Shown here in pieces: positions 1 through 9,370 of a stretch of 64,000 nt of DNA. The notes below the pieces were generated by a model. That model made no database searches. It saw only the letters and a list, made by a program, of their open reading frames with translations, and was not told the origin of the DNA. Made by a program: the position numbers and the translations under genes. Position 1 is the stretch's first letter. Each line of letters opens with the position of its first letter. The stretch is from an uncultured Acidobacteriota bacterium (GTDB lineage Bacteria > Acidobacteriota > Terriglobia > Acidiferrales > UBA7541), in the NCBI GenBank assembly GCA_963833595.1, contig CAWHYM010000028.1, forward strand, positions 3,938 through 67,937. Reading direction: 5' to 3'.

Positions 1-1
1 G

Positions 2-829
2 CAACAGAACGCGGACACTAAAGCCCCTGCCGTGGCGAACCAGATCCCCGCTGCTCTTCCCAAAGGCAAAAAACTGATCCTGACGGACGGGACGTTTCAA
101 CTGGCGCGCGAGTACACGGTGGAAGGCGACCGGGTGCGTTACTGGAGCGTCGAACGCTCGCAGTGGGAGGAAATTCCCACGAATCTAGTGGACTGGGACG
201 CCACGCACAAGGCCGAAGCGGAGCAAGCCGGGCGCGACGCCGAACTCAAAGCGAAAATCCACGCTTCCCAAGTGGACCAGCTTACCAAGGACATCGACGT
301 CGACCGCAGCCTGGAAATCAAGCCGGGGCTGTTTCTGCCGGACGCAGTCGGTTTCTACGCCCTCGACCGCGACAAACTCATTCATGAAATGAAGCAGAGC
401 ACGGCGGAAATCAAGATGTCGGCCGGCCGCGAAGTCGAAAGAATCTTGAGCGGTGTGCCGCTGATCCCAAGCAAAAAAACAATGAAAATCCCGGGCGAGC
501 GAGCGGCCATGCGCCTCACGACGGCCGAGCCTGAATTTTTCATGCGTCCCGCCGACCAGCGCGAGCCGCGGTTCCGGCTTCTTCGCGCACAAGTTAAGGA
601 GGGCTACCGCGTCATCGATAACATCAGCATAAACCTCGCGGGCCAAGAGAAACACCACGCCACCGACATCGAGATTCAAACATGGACTCCCGCCACCGGC
701 GTCTTCCGCTACACCGTCGACGAGCGCCTCGAGCCCGGCGAATACGCCTTCGTCGAAATGACCAACGAAGGCATCAGTGGTTACGTCTGGGATTTCGGCA
801 TCGATGCGCCGGGAGCAAAAACAAAATAA
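2..829 (+). CDS. hypothetical protein, 5' end probably outside the window
   Basis: ORF 32..829 stays open in the same frame back to base 2 with no stop. Amino-acid composition is balanced and non-repetitive. No motif recognised. Confidence 0.55.
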   Translation, partial: QQNADTKAPAVANQIPAALPKGKKLILTDGTFQLAREYTVEGDRVRYWSVERSQWEEIPTNLVDWDATHKAEAEQAGRDAELKAKIHASQVDQLTKDIDVDRSLEIKPGLFLPDAVGFYALDRDKLIHEMKQSTAEIKMSAGREVERILSGVPLIPSKKTMKIPGERAAMRLTTAEPEFFMRPADQREPRFRLLRAQVKEGYRVIDNISINLAGQEKHHATDIEIQTWTPATGVFRYTVDERLEPGEYAFVEMTNEGISGYVWDFGIDAPGAKTK

Positions 830-917
830 TAGTTGCATAGGCCTGGCTTTGGGCGGTTTGGAAGGTCAAGATGCCGCACCCTTGACGGTTCTCAGAGGAA
901 CCTCTCACGCCCAGTAA

Positions 918-937
918 TGATATTGCATGCAATATCA
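918..937. repeat. perfect 20-bp palindrome TGATATTGCATGCAATATCA
   Basis: Read directly from the sequence. It lies 5 nt beyond the stop codon (942-944) of the minus-strand histidine kinase, between convergent genes. No U-tract on either side. Confidence 0.9.
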
Positions 938-941
938 CCCG

Positions 942-3623
942 TTAAGGGTCGATTGCCTTGGCTTGAGACGAGCTGTTCTTTGGTTGGAAAACGGCGTCGG
1001 GGGAAGGCAGTTCATTCAGCAGCGCGAGCAATTCGGTCATGCGGAACGGCTTCTGCAGGAAGCGGTTGCCTTCGCGGCCGGCTTGTTCGCCGACGGCGGC
1101 GTCGACGAGATCGCCGGTCATGAAAATGAAAAACGGGCGGCGACCGGTGCGGGCCGCCAGTTTTTCCAGAATGCGGTCGTGAAGATCGAATCCGGAAACC
1201 GCTTTTCCAGAGCCGGACTCCAGATGCAAATCGCACAGGATTACGTCGTACGAATTTCGATTCACGAGTTCCAGCGCCCGTTCGGAAGAGGCGGCGCGGT
1301 CCACGAAACAGCCGCGGCCGCCCAGGCTATCGGTCACGAGTTCCAGGATGCTTTCCTCGTCATCGACAACCAGAATCTTCTTTCGCGCGAGCGGCAAGGC
1401 GGACGCTTCGGGAGTTTCCGCGCGGCCGGCGCTCACGGGAGGTGCGGGCGGTTCGGCGACCGCCACTGACTCCGTGCAGACCGGCAGGGACACCGTGAAG
1501 ACCGAGCCGCCGTCGGGCAGCGGCTGCGCGGAAATATCGCCGTTGTGCTCGCGAACGATCGCCATGCAAATGCTGAGGCCGAGGCCGGTGCCGCGCCCGG
1601 GGCGCTTCGTGGTGAAGAATGGGTCGAAAATGCGCGGCAGCAATTCGCGGCGGATACCCACGCCATCATCCTGGAAGGTGATCAGCACGCGTTCGCCGAC
1701 GACGCCCAAACGAATCCGCAGCGTGCCGCGTTCGCGCACTTCGTGGATGGCCTGCTCGGCATTCACGATGAGGTTCAGGAACACCTGCGTGAGCTGATTG
1801 GAATCGCCCAGCACGGTGGGGAGATCGGGACGCGCGGCGAGGTCCACGTGAATATGATTCGCGCGCAGGGAATGTTCGTGGAGCTGCAGAGTGCGCTGCA
1901 GCAAGTCCGGCAAATGAAGCAGCGTACTGCGCGGAGTCGAAGGGCGCGAGAAAACAAGCAAGCTCTGCACGATGTGCGCGGCGCGGCGCGCCTGGCGATG
2001 GGCGAGGTCCAACTGGCGGCATGCGTTTTCGTCGGTGGACTGGTCGCGCAGCAATTCCGTGACGCCCAGAATGGCGGTCAGCGGATTATTCAGTTCATGC
2101 GCCACGCCGGCGATCATCTGCCCCATGGCCGCGAGGCGCTCCGATTGAATGAGCTGCTGCTGGAGCCGCTGCTGTTCGGTAATGTCGCGCGCCGAAGCGA
2201 TGACGCCGGTGATGCGTCCCGTCTCGTCATGCAGCGGCCGCGCGGAGGCGCGGAACACGCGCCACGCGCCGTTCTTGTGCTGCGTGCGGTATTCGATCTG
2301 GCCCTCGGAGAGCCTCTGGAAAATCAAATCGTCGAACAGCTCGAGCATCGCGGTCCGGTCCGACGGATCCGTGCGGCCTCCCATCCTCTTCCCGATCAAT
2401 TCCTCCGGGCGGAAACCGAGGATGTCGAAAATCTGAGGGCTGACAAACGTGTACCGCCCTTCGCTATCGAGGACGATGACCAAGTCGGGGAAGCTGTCCA
2501 TGAGCCGGCCCGCGAATTCCTGTTCACGGTGGAGGCGGCGCTCCATTTCCCGCTGCTCGGTAACATCCACAAAGGTGCCCTGGTAGCGCACAAATTTCCC
2601 GGCGGGGTCGCAGATCGCCGCCGTCGTGTGCACCGCAACCACATCGCGCCCGTCCTGGCGGTGCCGTAGCGTGATCTCATGAGCTCGCAAGAACCCTAAA
2701 TCGCTAAGCTGTTTCTGTTCCTCCGCGCGGTCCTCGGGCTTGCGGTACAGGGACGCGATTTCGCGGTTCAGCAAGTCTTCCTTATTTTCAAACCCGAGTA
2801 TATGCGCCAGCGCCGGGTTGACCTCAGTTATCCGGTCGTCCGCAGAGGCGAGATAGACGCCTTCGCGCAGGGTTTGAAACAGTTCCGTGAAACGCGTTTC
2901 GCTTTCGCGTTCCTTGGTAACGTCGCGCGCAAAACCGCTGATTCCGTGGACAACGTCGTCGCGCACAATGGCGTGCAGGACGCAATCAAAATAGCGGAGC
3001 GCTCCCGTCTGCTTCACGCGCGCGCGAACCACGCCGGTCCAGCGCCGCCGTTGAAGGAAGCGCGGGAGCCACTGCTCCAGGGCTGCCCGGTCGCTGGCTT
3101 CGGGAAGTTCAAAGAATTCGTCCATCGAGCGGCCAACGACATCGGAAAAGGAAAGGCCGAGCAGGTCGGCGAAGCTCCGGTTGACGGTGAGAATCTTGCC
3201 GTCGTTGGAAACGGAAAATAAGAGGTCTTCGAAGGTATCGATCAGGTCGCGATAGCCTTGCTGGGATCTGGAAATCAGCGAAAAGAGTTGATCGAGCTGG
3301 GCGTTATCGTGTCCACCGTTTGTGCGCTGCTCGATGCCTCGGACGAGTCCTCGTAACTCCGCGATTTCATTGGTCTTACTCCACGCATATACAACGAACA
3401 AGAAGACCAGGACTACCAGCCCTACCGGCAGCGCCTCGAGGTGGTGCGGCATGCTGCGGATGGGTTGCCAGGAGGTTGCAGCGAAAGCCAACGCCAGTGC
3501 GCCGAGGAGCAGGAGGGCGGCGCGCCAGACTCCGCGTTCCCGGCGGCTCAGGTGGTCGCGTTCCAATCGTGCCGAAGGCGATTCGGCGGGACCATCCGCG
3601 CGCGGCGTGGAGTCTTTGTTCAT
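942..3623 (-). CDS. hybrid sensor histidine kinase / response regulator (TM + PAS repeats + HisKA + HATPase + receiver)
   Basis: ORF 942..3788, with the likely ATG at 3623 (MNKDS...). Has two N-terminal hydrophobic helices and several PAS-like segments. H-box HELNNPLTAILG, G-box GTGLGLSI, and C-terminal receiver KILVVDDEESI...VILCDLHL. Confidence 0.9.
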   Translation of the reverse strand: MNKDSTPRADGPAESPSARLERDHLSRRERGVWRAALLLLGALALAFAATSWQPIRSMPHHLEALPVGLVVLVFLFVVYAWSKTNEIAELRGLVRGIEQRTNGGHDNAQLDQLFSLISRSQQGYRDLIDTFEDLLFSVSNDGKILTVNRSFADLLGLSFSDVVGRSMDEFFELPEASDRAALEQWLPRFLQRRRWTGVVRARVKQTGALRYFDCVLHAIVRDDVVHGISGFARDVTKERESETRFTELFQTLREGVYLASADDRITEVNPALAHILGFENKEDLLNREIASLYRKPEDRAEEQKQLSDLGFLRAHEITLRHRQDGRDVVAVHTTAAICDPAGKFVRYQGTFVDVTEQREMERRLHREQEFAGRLMDSFPDLVIVLDSEGRYTFVSPQIFDILGFRPEELIGKRMGGRTDPSDRTAMLELFDDLIFQRLSEGQIEYRTQHKNGAWRVFRASARPLHDETGRITGVIASARDITEQQRLQQQLIQSERLAAMGQMIAGVAHELNNPLTAILGVTELLRDQSTDENACRQLDLAHRQARRAAHIVQSLLVFSRPSTPRSTLLHLPDLLQRTLQLHEHSLRANHIHVDLAARPDLPTVLGDSNQLTQVFLNLIVNAEQAIHEVRERGTLRIRLGVVGERVLITFQDDGVGIRRELLPRIFDPFFTTKRPGRGTGLGLSICMAIVREHNGDISAQPLPDGGSVFTVSLPVCTESVAVAEPPAPPVSAGRAETPEASALPLARKKILVVDDEESILELVTDSLGGRGCFVDRAASSERALELVNRNSYDVILCDLHLESGSGKAVSGFDLHDRILEKLAARTGRRPFFIFMTGDLVDAAVGEQAGREGNRFLQKPFRMTELLALLNELPSPDAVFQPKNSSSQAKAIDP

Positions 3624-3853
3624 CAGGAAGCTGTGTTGGAAGGCGCCTCCAGATGGACGGGAGACCCGGGAGGCTCGCCTTGCCCAAAAATTATGGCGTG
3701 AAACGATGCCAGGAGCAACGCAAAGACAAGGGCCGGATGGCGAAGTTGTTAACACTGTCCCGCAGCGGGAGTGCGGGCGGCGTGGCACGCCTGCAGCCCA
3801 GCAGATGAGTGCAATAACGTGCCAGACCGCTTTTCAAAATCGGGCCGCCGCGA

Positions 3854-4972
3854 TTACGCTCTGGACATTTTCAAGCGCGGCAGGAGAGTAAGAGCGTTTT
3901 CGCGCTGAATGGCGCGGAGATCCTGCGCCGGCAGGCCCATGCTGTTCAATCCATCCACGATGGACGCAACCGTCCAATAGGGAACATCCGATCCGAAAAG
4001 AAGGTGGCTCGTGGAAAAGAGTTTCAATACTGCCGCCATGCCCGGCGGATTCGTGGCGACACTGGCAACGTCATAGTATTGGCGCTGCAATTCGCCTTCA
4101 AATCCATTCGGTATAATCGCGGCGCGCTGTTCCGGCGTCATTTTCTTCGCGTAGCCGGAAATGCGCGTGAGAATCATTGGCAAAGTGCCGCCGCCGTGGG
4201 AGAAGATGAAACGAATGTTCGGGCAACGCGCAAACGTGCCCTTGTAAATAAGACTCGTGATGGTACGCGTCGTGTCCGTGGGGAATTCGATGATGGATTC
4301 GTTCAGGGGCGGGATGGGATCCGAGCAGCAAGTCGCGGTCGGATGCACGAAAATGACGGCCTTGCGGCGATTGAGTTCGTCCATCACCGGGGCGTATTTC
4401 GGATCGCCGAGCAACTTTCCATTTTCGTAGCTGGTCAAGAGGCCGATGCCATCAAGTTTCAAGGTGTCCAGCGCGTATTCGATTTCGCGAAGGCTGCCAT
4501 CGATGTCCGGCAGCGGAATTGCGGCCCACATTCCAAAACGGCCGGGATAATCCTTGATCAACTGCGCCCCGTACTCATTGCATTGGCGAGCCCACGCGCG
4601 GCCTTCTTCATTATTCCCGAGCCACACTCCCGGGCTCGTGAGCGAACCAATGGCGGTTGCAATACCCTCTTTGTCCATCTGGTCGAGGGAGAATTTGGGA
4701 TTCCAATTCGTGCGCAGCGCTTTTTGACTGTCCGACTCGGTCAGCCTTTTTACGAGTTCAGCGGTAAACTTCGGCGGATAAAAATGATGATGCGTGTCAA
4801 TGATGCGCGGTCCGGCGCTCAGCCCCTGGCCGAAGGAGCGCGAGGCCAGCGCCATCCCCGCGCCAACCGCGGACAGCATGCCGAGTACGTCTCTCCTCGA
4901 AGGGTACCGTCCAAGCGAATGTTGACGATGGCTGGCGGCGCGGTTCCCAAGAAATGATGCCCAAGGATTCAT
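3854..4972 (-). CDS. amidohydrolase-2 family (ACMSD-like) metal-dependent hydrolase with Tat-type signal
   Basis: 372-aa ORF. Twin-arginine leader SRRDVLGMLSAVGAGMALA. Motif IIDTHHHFYPPKF is typical of the amidohydrolase_2 family. Confidence 0.75.
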   Translation of the reverse strand: MNPWASFLGNRAASHRQHSLGRYPSRRDVLGMLSAVGAGMALASRSFGQGLSAGPRIIDTHHHFYPPKFTAELVKRLTESDSQKALRTNWNPKFSLDQMDKEGIATAIGSLTSPGVWLGNNEEGRAWARQCNEYGAQLIKDYPGRFGMWAAIPLPDIDGSLREIEYALDTLKLDGIGLLTSYENGKLLGDPKYAPVMDELNRRKAVIFVHPTATCCSDPIPPLNESIIEFPTDTTRTITSLIYKGTFARCPNIRFIFSHGGGTLPMILTRISGYAKKMTPEQRAAIIPNGFEGELQRQYYDVASVATNPPGMAAVLKLFSTSHLLFGSDVPYWTVASIVDGLNSMGLPAQDLRAIQRENALTLLPRLKMSRA

Positions 4973-5155
4973 CCCTCATCCCCCTCTGCAGTTTCGGATT
5001 TCCCTATCGCTGGTCGTTTGAAGGACTCTAGTTATCATGTCTTCCGCTTTGGCGCTAGATAAGATTATGATTGCCTTTCACCTTTTTCGCCTGAGGACCG
5101 TATCGTTCATCAACCTCTGAACATCGGACAGGGGAACCCACAACGGGGAGGAAAT

Positions 5156-6148
5156 ATGGAGCACCGAAAATTGGGAAAGAATGGACCGCAGGTTTCCGCA
5201 CTTGGACTTGGCTGCATGGGAATGTCCTTTGCCTATGGACCAACGGATGACGCGGAATCACTTCGAGTTCTTCGCCGATATTTAGAGCTCGGCGGCAATT
5301 TTCTGGACACGGCCGAAATCTACGGCCCCTACAAGAACGAGGAACTGCTCGGGCGATTCCTGCGCGAGGTTCCTCGCGACAGCGTCATCGTCGCGACCAA
5401 GTTTGGCTTCCGTATCGGCCCGGGCGGAGTCCGCAGCGTCGATAGCTCGCCCGAGAATGTCCGCCGTGCGTGCGACGGGAGCCTCCAGCGGCTGGGCATC
5501 GATACGATCGATCTCTACTACCAGCACCGCGTCGATCCGAAAATTCCGATCGAGGAAACAGTTGGCGCAATGGCCGAGCTTGTTTCGGCTGGAAAAGTCC
5601 GAATGATCGGACTGTCGGAAGCCGGTCCGGAAACGCTGCGGCGCGCTGCGAAAGTCCATCCGATTGCCGCGCTGCAAAGCGAGTATTCGCTTTGGTCGCG
5701 CGAAGTGGAGGCCAACGGCGTGCTCGCGACGTGCCGCGAACTGGGCATCACGTTCATCCCGTACAGCCCTCTCGGGCGCGGATTCCTGACCGGCGCAATC
5801 CAGAAACTCGAAGATCTCGACGTGACGGATTGGCGGCGTACGAATCCCCGCTTCGGAGAGAAAGCCCTGCAAGAAAACTTTAAGCTGGTTGCAGCGGTCA
5901 AGGAATTGGCCGCGGAAAAAGCCGTGACGCCCGCGCAACTAGCGCTCGCCTGGGTGCTCGCGCAGGGCGATGACGTTGTGCCCATCCCCGGGACAAAACG
6001 CGTTCGCTATCTGGAGGACAACATGGGCGCGCTCCAAGTAAACCTGACCGAGAGCGACCGGAAGAAAATCGCGGAGCGTACTGCGCAGTTTCAAGTCGTC
6101 GGAGAGCGATATACACCCGACATGATGGCCCTGGTGCAACGGGCGTGA
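5156..6148 (+). CDS. aldo/keto reductase
   Basis: 330-aa ORF starting [24 protein letters not shown], with DTAEIYG and IGLSE motifs. GGAGG-like RBS lies upstream. Confidence 0.9.
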   Translation: MEHRKLGKNGPQVSALGLGCMGMSFAYGPTDDAESLRVLRRYLELGGNFLDTAEIYGPYKNEELLGRFLREVPRDSVIVATKFGFRIGPGGVRSVDSSPENVRRACDGSLQRLGIDTIDLYYQHRVDPKIPIEETVGAMAELVSAGKVRMIGLSEAGPETLRRAAKVHPIAALQSEYSLWSREVEANGVLATCRELGITFIPYSPLGRGFLTGAIQKLEDLDVTDWRRTNPRFGEKALQENFKLVAAVKELAAEKAVTPAQLALAWVLAQGDDVVPIPGTKRVRYLEDNMGALQVNLTESDRKKIAERTAQFQVVGERYTPDMMALVQRA

Positions 6149-6190
6149 GAACCTGAGAATGAGTTGTAGAGGATGTTGGCAATTTTTCTT

Positions 6191-6371
6191 GTCCAGCCCC
6201 GTCAGGGACGAAAGAACGTAGCCCACTGCGCAAGCGGTGGGTCAAAGTGGGGGCAGAAGGTTCAGCCCCAGAGGGGCGGCACACGGCAACGCAAATGTGC
6301 CGCCCCTCCGGGGCTCTGAAAGACATCCCACCGTTTCCACGGTGGGCTACGTTGTAACGTCCCTTCGGGAC
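6191..6371. repeat. family-A composite palindromic element, copy 1
   Basis: The two arms are inverted relative to each other. Each arm carries stem-loops GTCCC..GGGAC and CCCACYG-N6-CGGTGGG. They flank a GC-rich central hairpin at 6264-6315. Near-identical copies are at 7180-7368 and 46874-47059. Confidence 0.85.
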
Positions 6372-6383
6372 TCCGAAAATTGT

Positions 6384-6560
6384 GGTATCTCCCCTGAAAT
6401 GGGTCTTCGACTTGGACGCTTCTTCCGGACCACGCCTGATTTTTGGCTCAATCTTCAATCGGAGTTTGATTTGCGGATTGTGCGCCACCAAAAAGAAGCA
6501 ACAGTTAAGAGTCAGGTTCGCCCGCTCGATGAGTCGGCTTGGGTGTCCGGTTCTTCCTGA
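6384..6560 (+). pseudogene. higA: HigA-type (XRE/HTH) antitoxin remnant, C-terminal half only
   Basis: Translation GISPEMGLRLGRFFRTTPDFWLNLQSEFDLRI matches the conserved C-terminal half of HigA antidote proteins. The N-terminal half is absent. The upstream part of ORF 6237..6560 is repeat-derived. Confidence 0.6.
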
Positions 6561-6853
6561 ATAGTGACGTGTGGCCGGGCCTTTGAGTCGGGGTTGAAGT
6601 CGCGGGTTCCCGATCCCTCGTGGTATTTGGGGGGGGGCGGAGGGTTTGATTTTTCAAGGAAAGAAGTCAAAACCCCGACCCTTCCAAAGGCGGGAAGAGT
6701 TGGCCACCCACCCGCAGTGGAATCGAAAGTGTCAATCGTCCCTAAAGGGATGCAACGAGAACCGTTCTTCCGAAACGATATCGTTCGAACAGTTTTCAAA
6801 CTAGACATCAAACAGTTCTTGACGTTCCAAGCCCCAGGCCTTACTAACTCTGC

Positions 6854-7129
6854 ATGAGTCCTTACCGAAAAGCTGGCGAGAACCGATCCAAGAGGGAACC
6901 CAACTATCCTTTGCGCCTGCAGCCTTCGTTGATGGCGGAGGCGCGCAAGTTGGCGAAATCCGAACGTGTATCCCTGAACCAGTTGATTAACGTCTGCGTA
7001 GCCGAAAAGCTTTCTGCTCTTCGCGCAGAAAAATCTTTCCAGGAACGATTTCTTCGCATGGCCCCCGCCGGAATCCTGCGAATTCTGGAGCAAGCGAGAA
7101 AGCTAAAATCCTCGGTGGGAGGCGGCTGA
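6854..7129 (+). CDS. HicB-like / ribbon-helix-helix antitoxin-type protein (orphan)
   Basis: 91-aa ORF. Segment YPLRLQPSLMAEARKLAKSERVSLNQLINVCVAEKLSAL resembles the RHH DNA-binding part of HicB-family antitoxins. No recognisable toxin gene is adjacent. Confidence 0.55.
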   Translation: MSPYRKAGENRSKREPNYPLRLQPSLMAEARKLAKSERVSLNQLINVCVAEKLSALRAEKSFQERFLRMAPAGILRILEQARKLKSSVGGG

Positions 7130-7179
7130 TTACAAGGGCGCGGACCGTAGCCTTCCGAAAAGTTGCCGACCTGGCGATA

Positions 7180-7368
7180 GTCCCGGAAGGGACGAAAGAA
7201 CGTAGCCCACCGCGCAAGCGGTGGGTCTGAATTGGGGAACAGAATATCGAGCCCCGGAGGGGCGGCACACCGCAACGCAAATGTGCCGCCCCTCCGGGGC
7301 TCTAAACAAATCTCACGCGAGACCCCACCGTTTCCACGGTGGGCTACGTTGTAACGTCCCTTCGGGAC
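7180..7368. repeat. family-A composite palindromic element, copy 2
   Basis: Same architecture as 6191-6371. The central hairpin 7251-7300 is perfectly self-complementary (GCCCCGGAGGGGCGGCAC ... GTGCCGCCCCTCCGGGGC). Confidence 0.85.
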
Positions 7369-7449
7369 TCCGAAGACTGTGGATTCTCAACGACGCTAAT
7401 TTACGGAATCAAATTTGCCATTCCCAAGAAGAGAAAGCGCAGTACGAGA

Positions 7450-7477
7450 TTCAAAAGCGCCACCTGTCTCGTGGCGC
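7450..7477 (-). terminator. putative intrinsic terminator of the AT-rich two-gene cassette
   Basis: On the minus strand, GCGCCAC-GAGACAG-GTGGCGC is followed directly by TTTTGAAT. It lies about 170 nt downstream of the 7649 stop. Confidence 0.5.
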
Positions 7478-7648
7478 GCGCCTTTTGCGTCCCGGCTGAT
7501 TGTGCGGGACGACAGATGGGGCACCCGCAAAATCGCTGCGGCGTCTAAGCCCGGGCCACCCGTCTCAGTAATGGGATTCTCCTGTCTTTAGATTGCGCCG
7601 AAAAAACGACATGAGTTCTTGGCCGCGCTCCAAAGGGCAAACAGCTGA

Positions 7649-8686
7649 CTAAGGACGCGTAAGATCGATTCCAGGGGCTTCGCCTTCGCGGATCGCGATT
7701 CTCTTCACTATCGGAACTATCCTCGACATTAATTCATCAACGTCTGAATTTGACATGTTGGGCTGCCTGAATAGCTTTTCATCCGGGTTGACCGGCGAAA
7801 ATGGGGCATACCACCCGCCCACTCCGACCTCCCAGTATAGCCATATCTTCCTTTCCGTTGGGCAATTGGCGCACGTAATTCCCATGAATCCAAATAGGCG
7901 ATCGCCTGTCTTAATATGGTCCACAGTTGGCTGATTGAATATTTCAACATTTCCTAACAACGTGTTTGTTTTTACGAAGTCGTCTATTTTCTTGATCGGT
8001 ATCGGTAATGGTTGAGAAGTATTGTCACCATAATCTTTAGGATAGTAGCCATTAGTCAAATCAGCCATCGCGATAGTCCACTTTGGCTGTTCCCCAGTTT
8101 CAGTACCAGTGTTTAGAACAGAAAACTTAGGCTGTCCATTCTTGGAGAACAAGAAGAACGACAAATCAGGAGGCTCGTGTACTCGCTGTTCTAAGGGTCG
8201 AGCGTTGATTGCTGGAGGCGTAGCTAGTCCAGTGGACGTATTCGGAATGGCCGAATCCGCATTTGGCTTCCGCCGCATAGGCGCCTTTGAAATGTCGGCA
8301 GTCGAACTGCGATTGGGTTCGGGGGCGACAAAAGGAGCGCCTTGTGGAACCGACACTGTCACGCCTGGGCCTCCACCAATCGGCATAGGCGCCGGCCGGA
8401 GCCTACCAATACTCCTCACAGCCTCTACAGATATTACTCCAACAATCCCAAACAGGAGGAACGTGAAAAGTGCTCGTTCCAGAAAAGGATGACTCATTAC
8501 GACAGCAATTTCCGTGACTTTGATTAAGAAGATCAATGCCGCAATTTCGAAGCACACCTGCGCCCCCAGAAACCAGTTCAGGCCAATCATCCCGAGCACC
8601 CCGCCAAGCAGAAGCGCTTCTGCCCATCCGAGGAAGGACCAACTGGAAACATTCTTCCAGCTGAACAAGTGCGACCAGATCGACAT
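7649..8686 (-). CDS. hypothetical membrane protein (3 N-terminal TM helices, Pro-rich linker, unknown C-terminal domain)
   Basis: 345-aa ORF in a clearly AT-richer region. Hydrophobic N-terminus, linker PAPMPIGGGPGVTVSVP, then a globular C-terminus containing CANCP. No recognised family. Confidence 0.6.
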   Translation of the reverse strand: MSIWSHLFSWKNVSSWSFLGWAEALLLGGVLGMIGLNWFLGAQVCFEIAALIFLIKVTEIAVVMSHPFLERALFTFLLFGIVGVISVEAVRSIGRLRPAPMPIGGGPGVTVSVPQGAPFVAPEPNRSSTADISKAPMRRKPNADSAIPNTSTGLATPPAINARPLEQRVHEPPDLSFFLFSKNGQPKFSVLNTGTETGEQPKWTIAMADLTNGYYPKDYGDNTSQPLPIPIKKIDDFVKTNTLLGNVEIFNQPTVDHIKTGDRLFGFMGITCANCPTERKIWLYWEVGVGGWYAPFSPVNPDEKLFRQPNMSNSDVDELMSRIVPIVKRIAIREGEAPGIDLTRP

Positions 8687-8893
8687 TTCCTGCGATTGTA
8701 GGCGCTGCTCCCGTTTGAGTAAACGGGTTAATCATTTTGAAAATTGTCCAAGCGGCTTGCTCTCAATTGAAGTGGGTTGGTACCTGCGGGTGCCCGTCCC
8801 CTCGCTGTCCTTCAAGGGGTCAGACGGTCTTGGTCAATCGGAAAGGAAGTTAGAAACGCCGGCCCATCTAAAACAAAAGGCCGAGCGCTCACG

Positions 8894-9340
8894 TCAAGGA
8901 TTCGTCGAATCGTTGAAGTCGAAACCGTCCCTAATTTTCCCCTGCCCGGATTTTATGAGCATTTTCGCATATTCGCGCGCCCCGGTTTCCGCTGCATCTC
9001 TTGTCTTCTTTCTTAGGGCAGCCATTTGTTCGGGAGTGGCCTTGGGGTAAAGAAGCTGATGAATACGAAAGACGGTGAACAAGGCGAACGCACTGTCTTT
9101 TGATAGATCTAGAGTGTTCATCTCTACGAACTGCATCGCCCTGGAGAAAGCAGCGTAGGAATTGAGAACGGTCATAAATTCTTCAAGAATGGCCTGCCTT
9201 ATATATTGCTCGCGTTTGTATAGCTTCTCGAAAAGCCACTCCACTCTTATAAGAGCTGCCACTCCTACGACCAACGCGACAATGGACAGCAAGCGGTCAA
9301 CCGGCAGAGAACTCAAGAAGTCGCCGGGAGCATTCCCCAT
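8894..9340 (-). CDS. hypothetical protein with one N-terminal TM helix
   Basis: 148-aa ORF. RBS GAGGTGG (complement of 9344-9350) precedes the ATG. TM segment LLSIVALVVGVAALI. No recognised family. Confidence 0.55.
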   Translation of the reverse strand: MGNAPGDFLSSLPVDRLLSIVALVVGVAALIRVEWLFEKLYKREQYIRQAILEEFMTVLNSYAAFSRAMQFVEMNTLDLSKDSAFALFTVFRIHQLLYPKATPEQMAALRKKTRDAAETGAREYAKMLIKSGQGKIRDGFDFNDSTNP

Positions 9341-9370
9341 ATACCACCTCGAAATATTTACTACTACTCA

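Noticed and set aside
6564-6857. ORF 6564..6857 as the missing toxin partner of the HicB-like gene
   Set aside because: It shows no resemblance to HicA, RelE/ParE or other small toxins. It contains the G9 tract and a low-complexity GGGGG segment, so coding is doubtful.
5898-7499. ORFs 5898..6491, 6237..6560 (N-terminal part), 6904..7275, 6987..7280, 7221..7499, and also 46704..46961, 46915..47160, 46940..47227
   Set aside because: Their translations (VGYVVTSLRDSE, MCRPSGA, PEGRH...) come from reading through family-A palindromic repeats on both strands. The same peptides appear in both orientations, which is a nucleotide-level rather than a protein-level signal.
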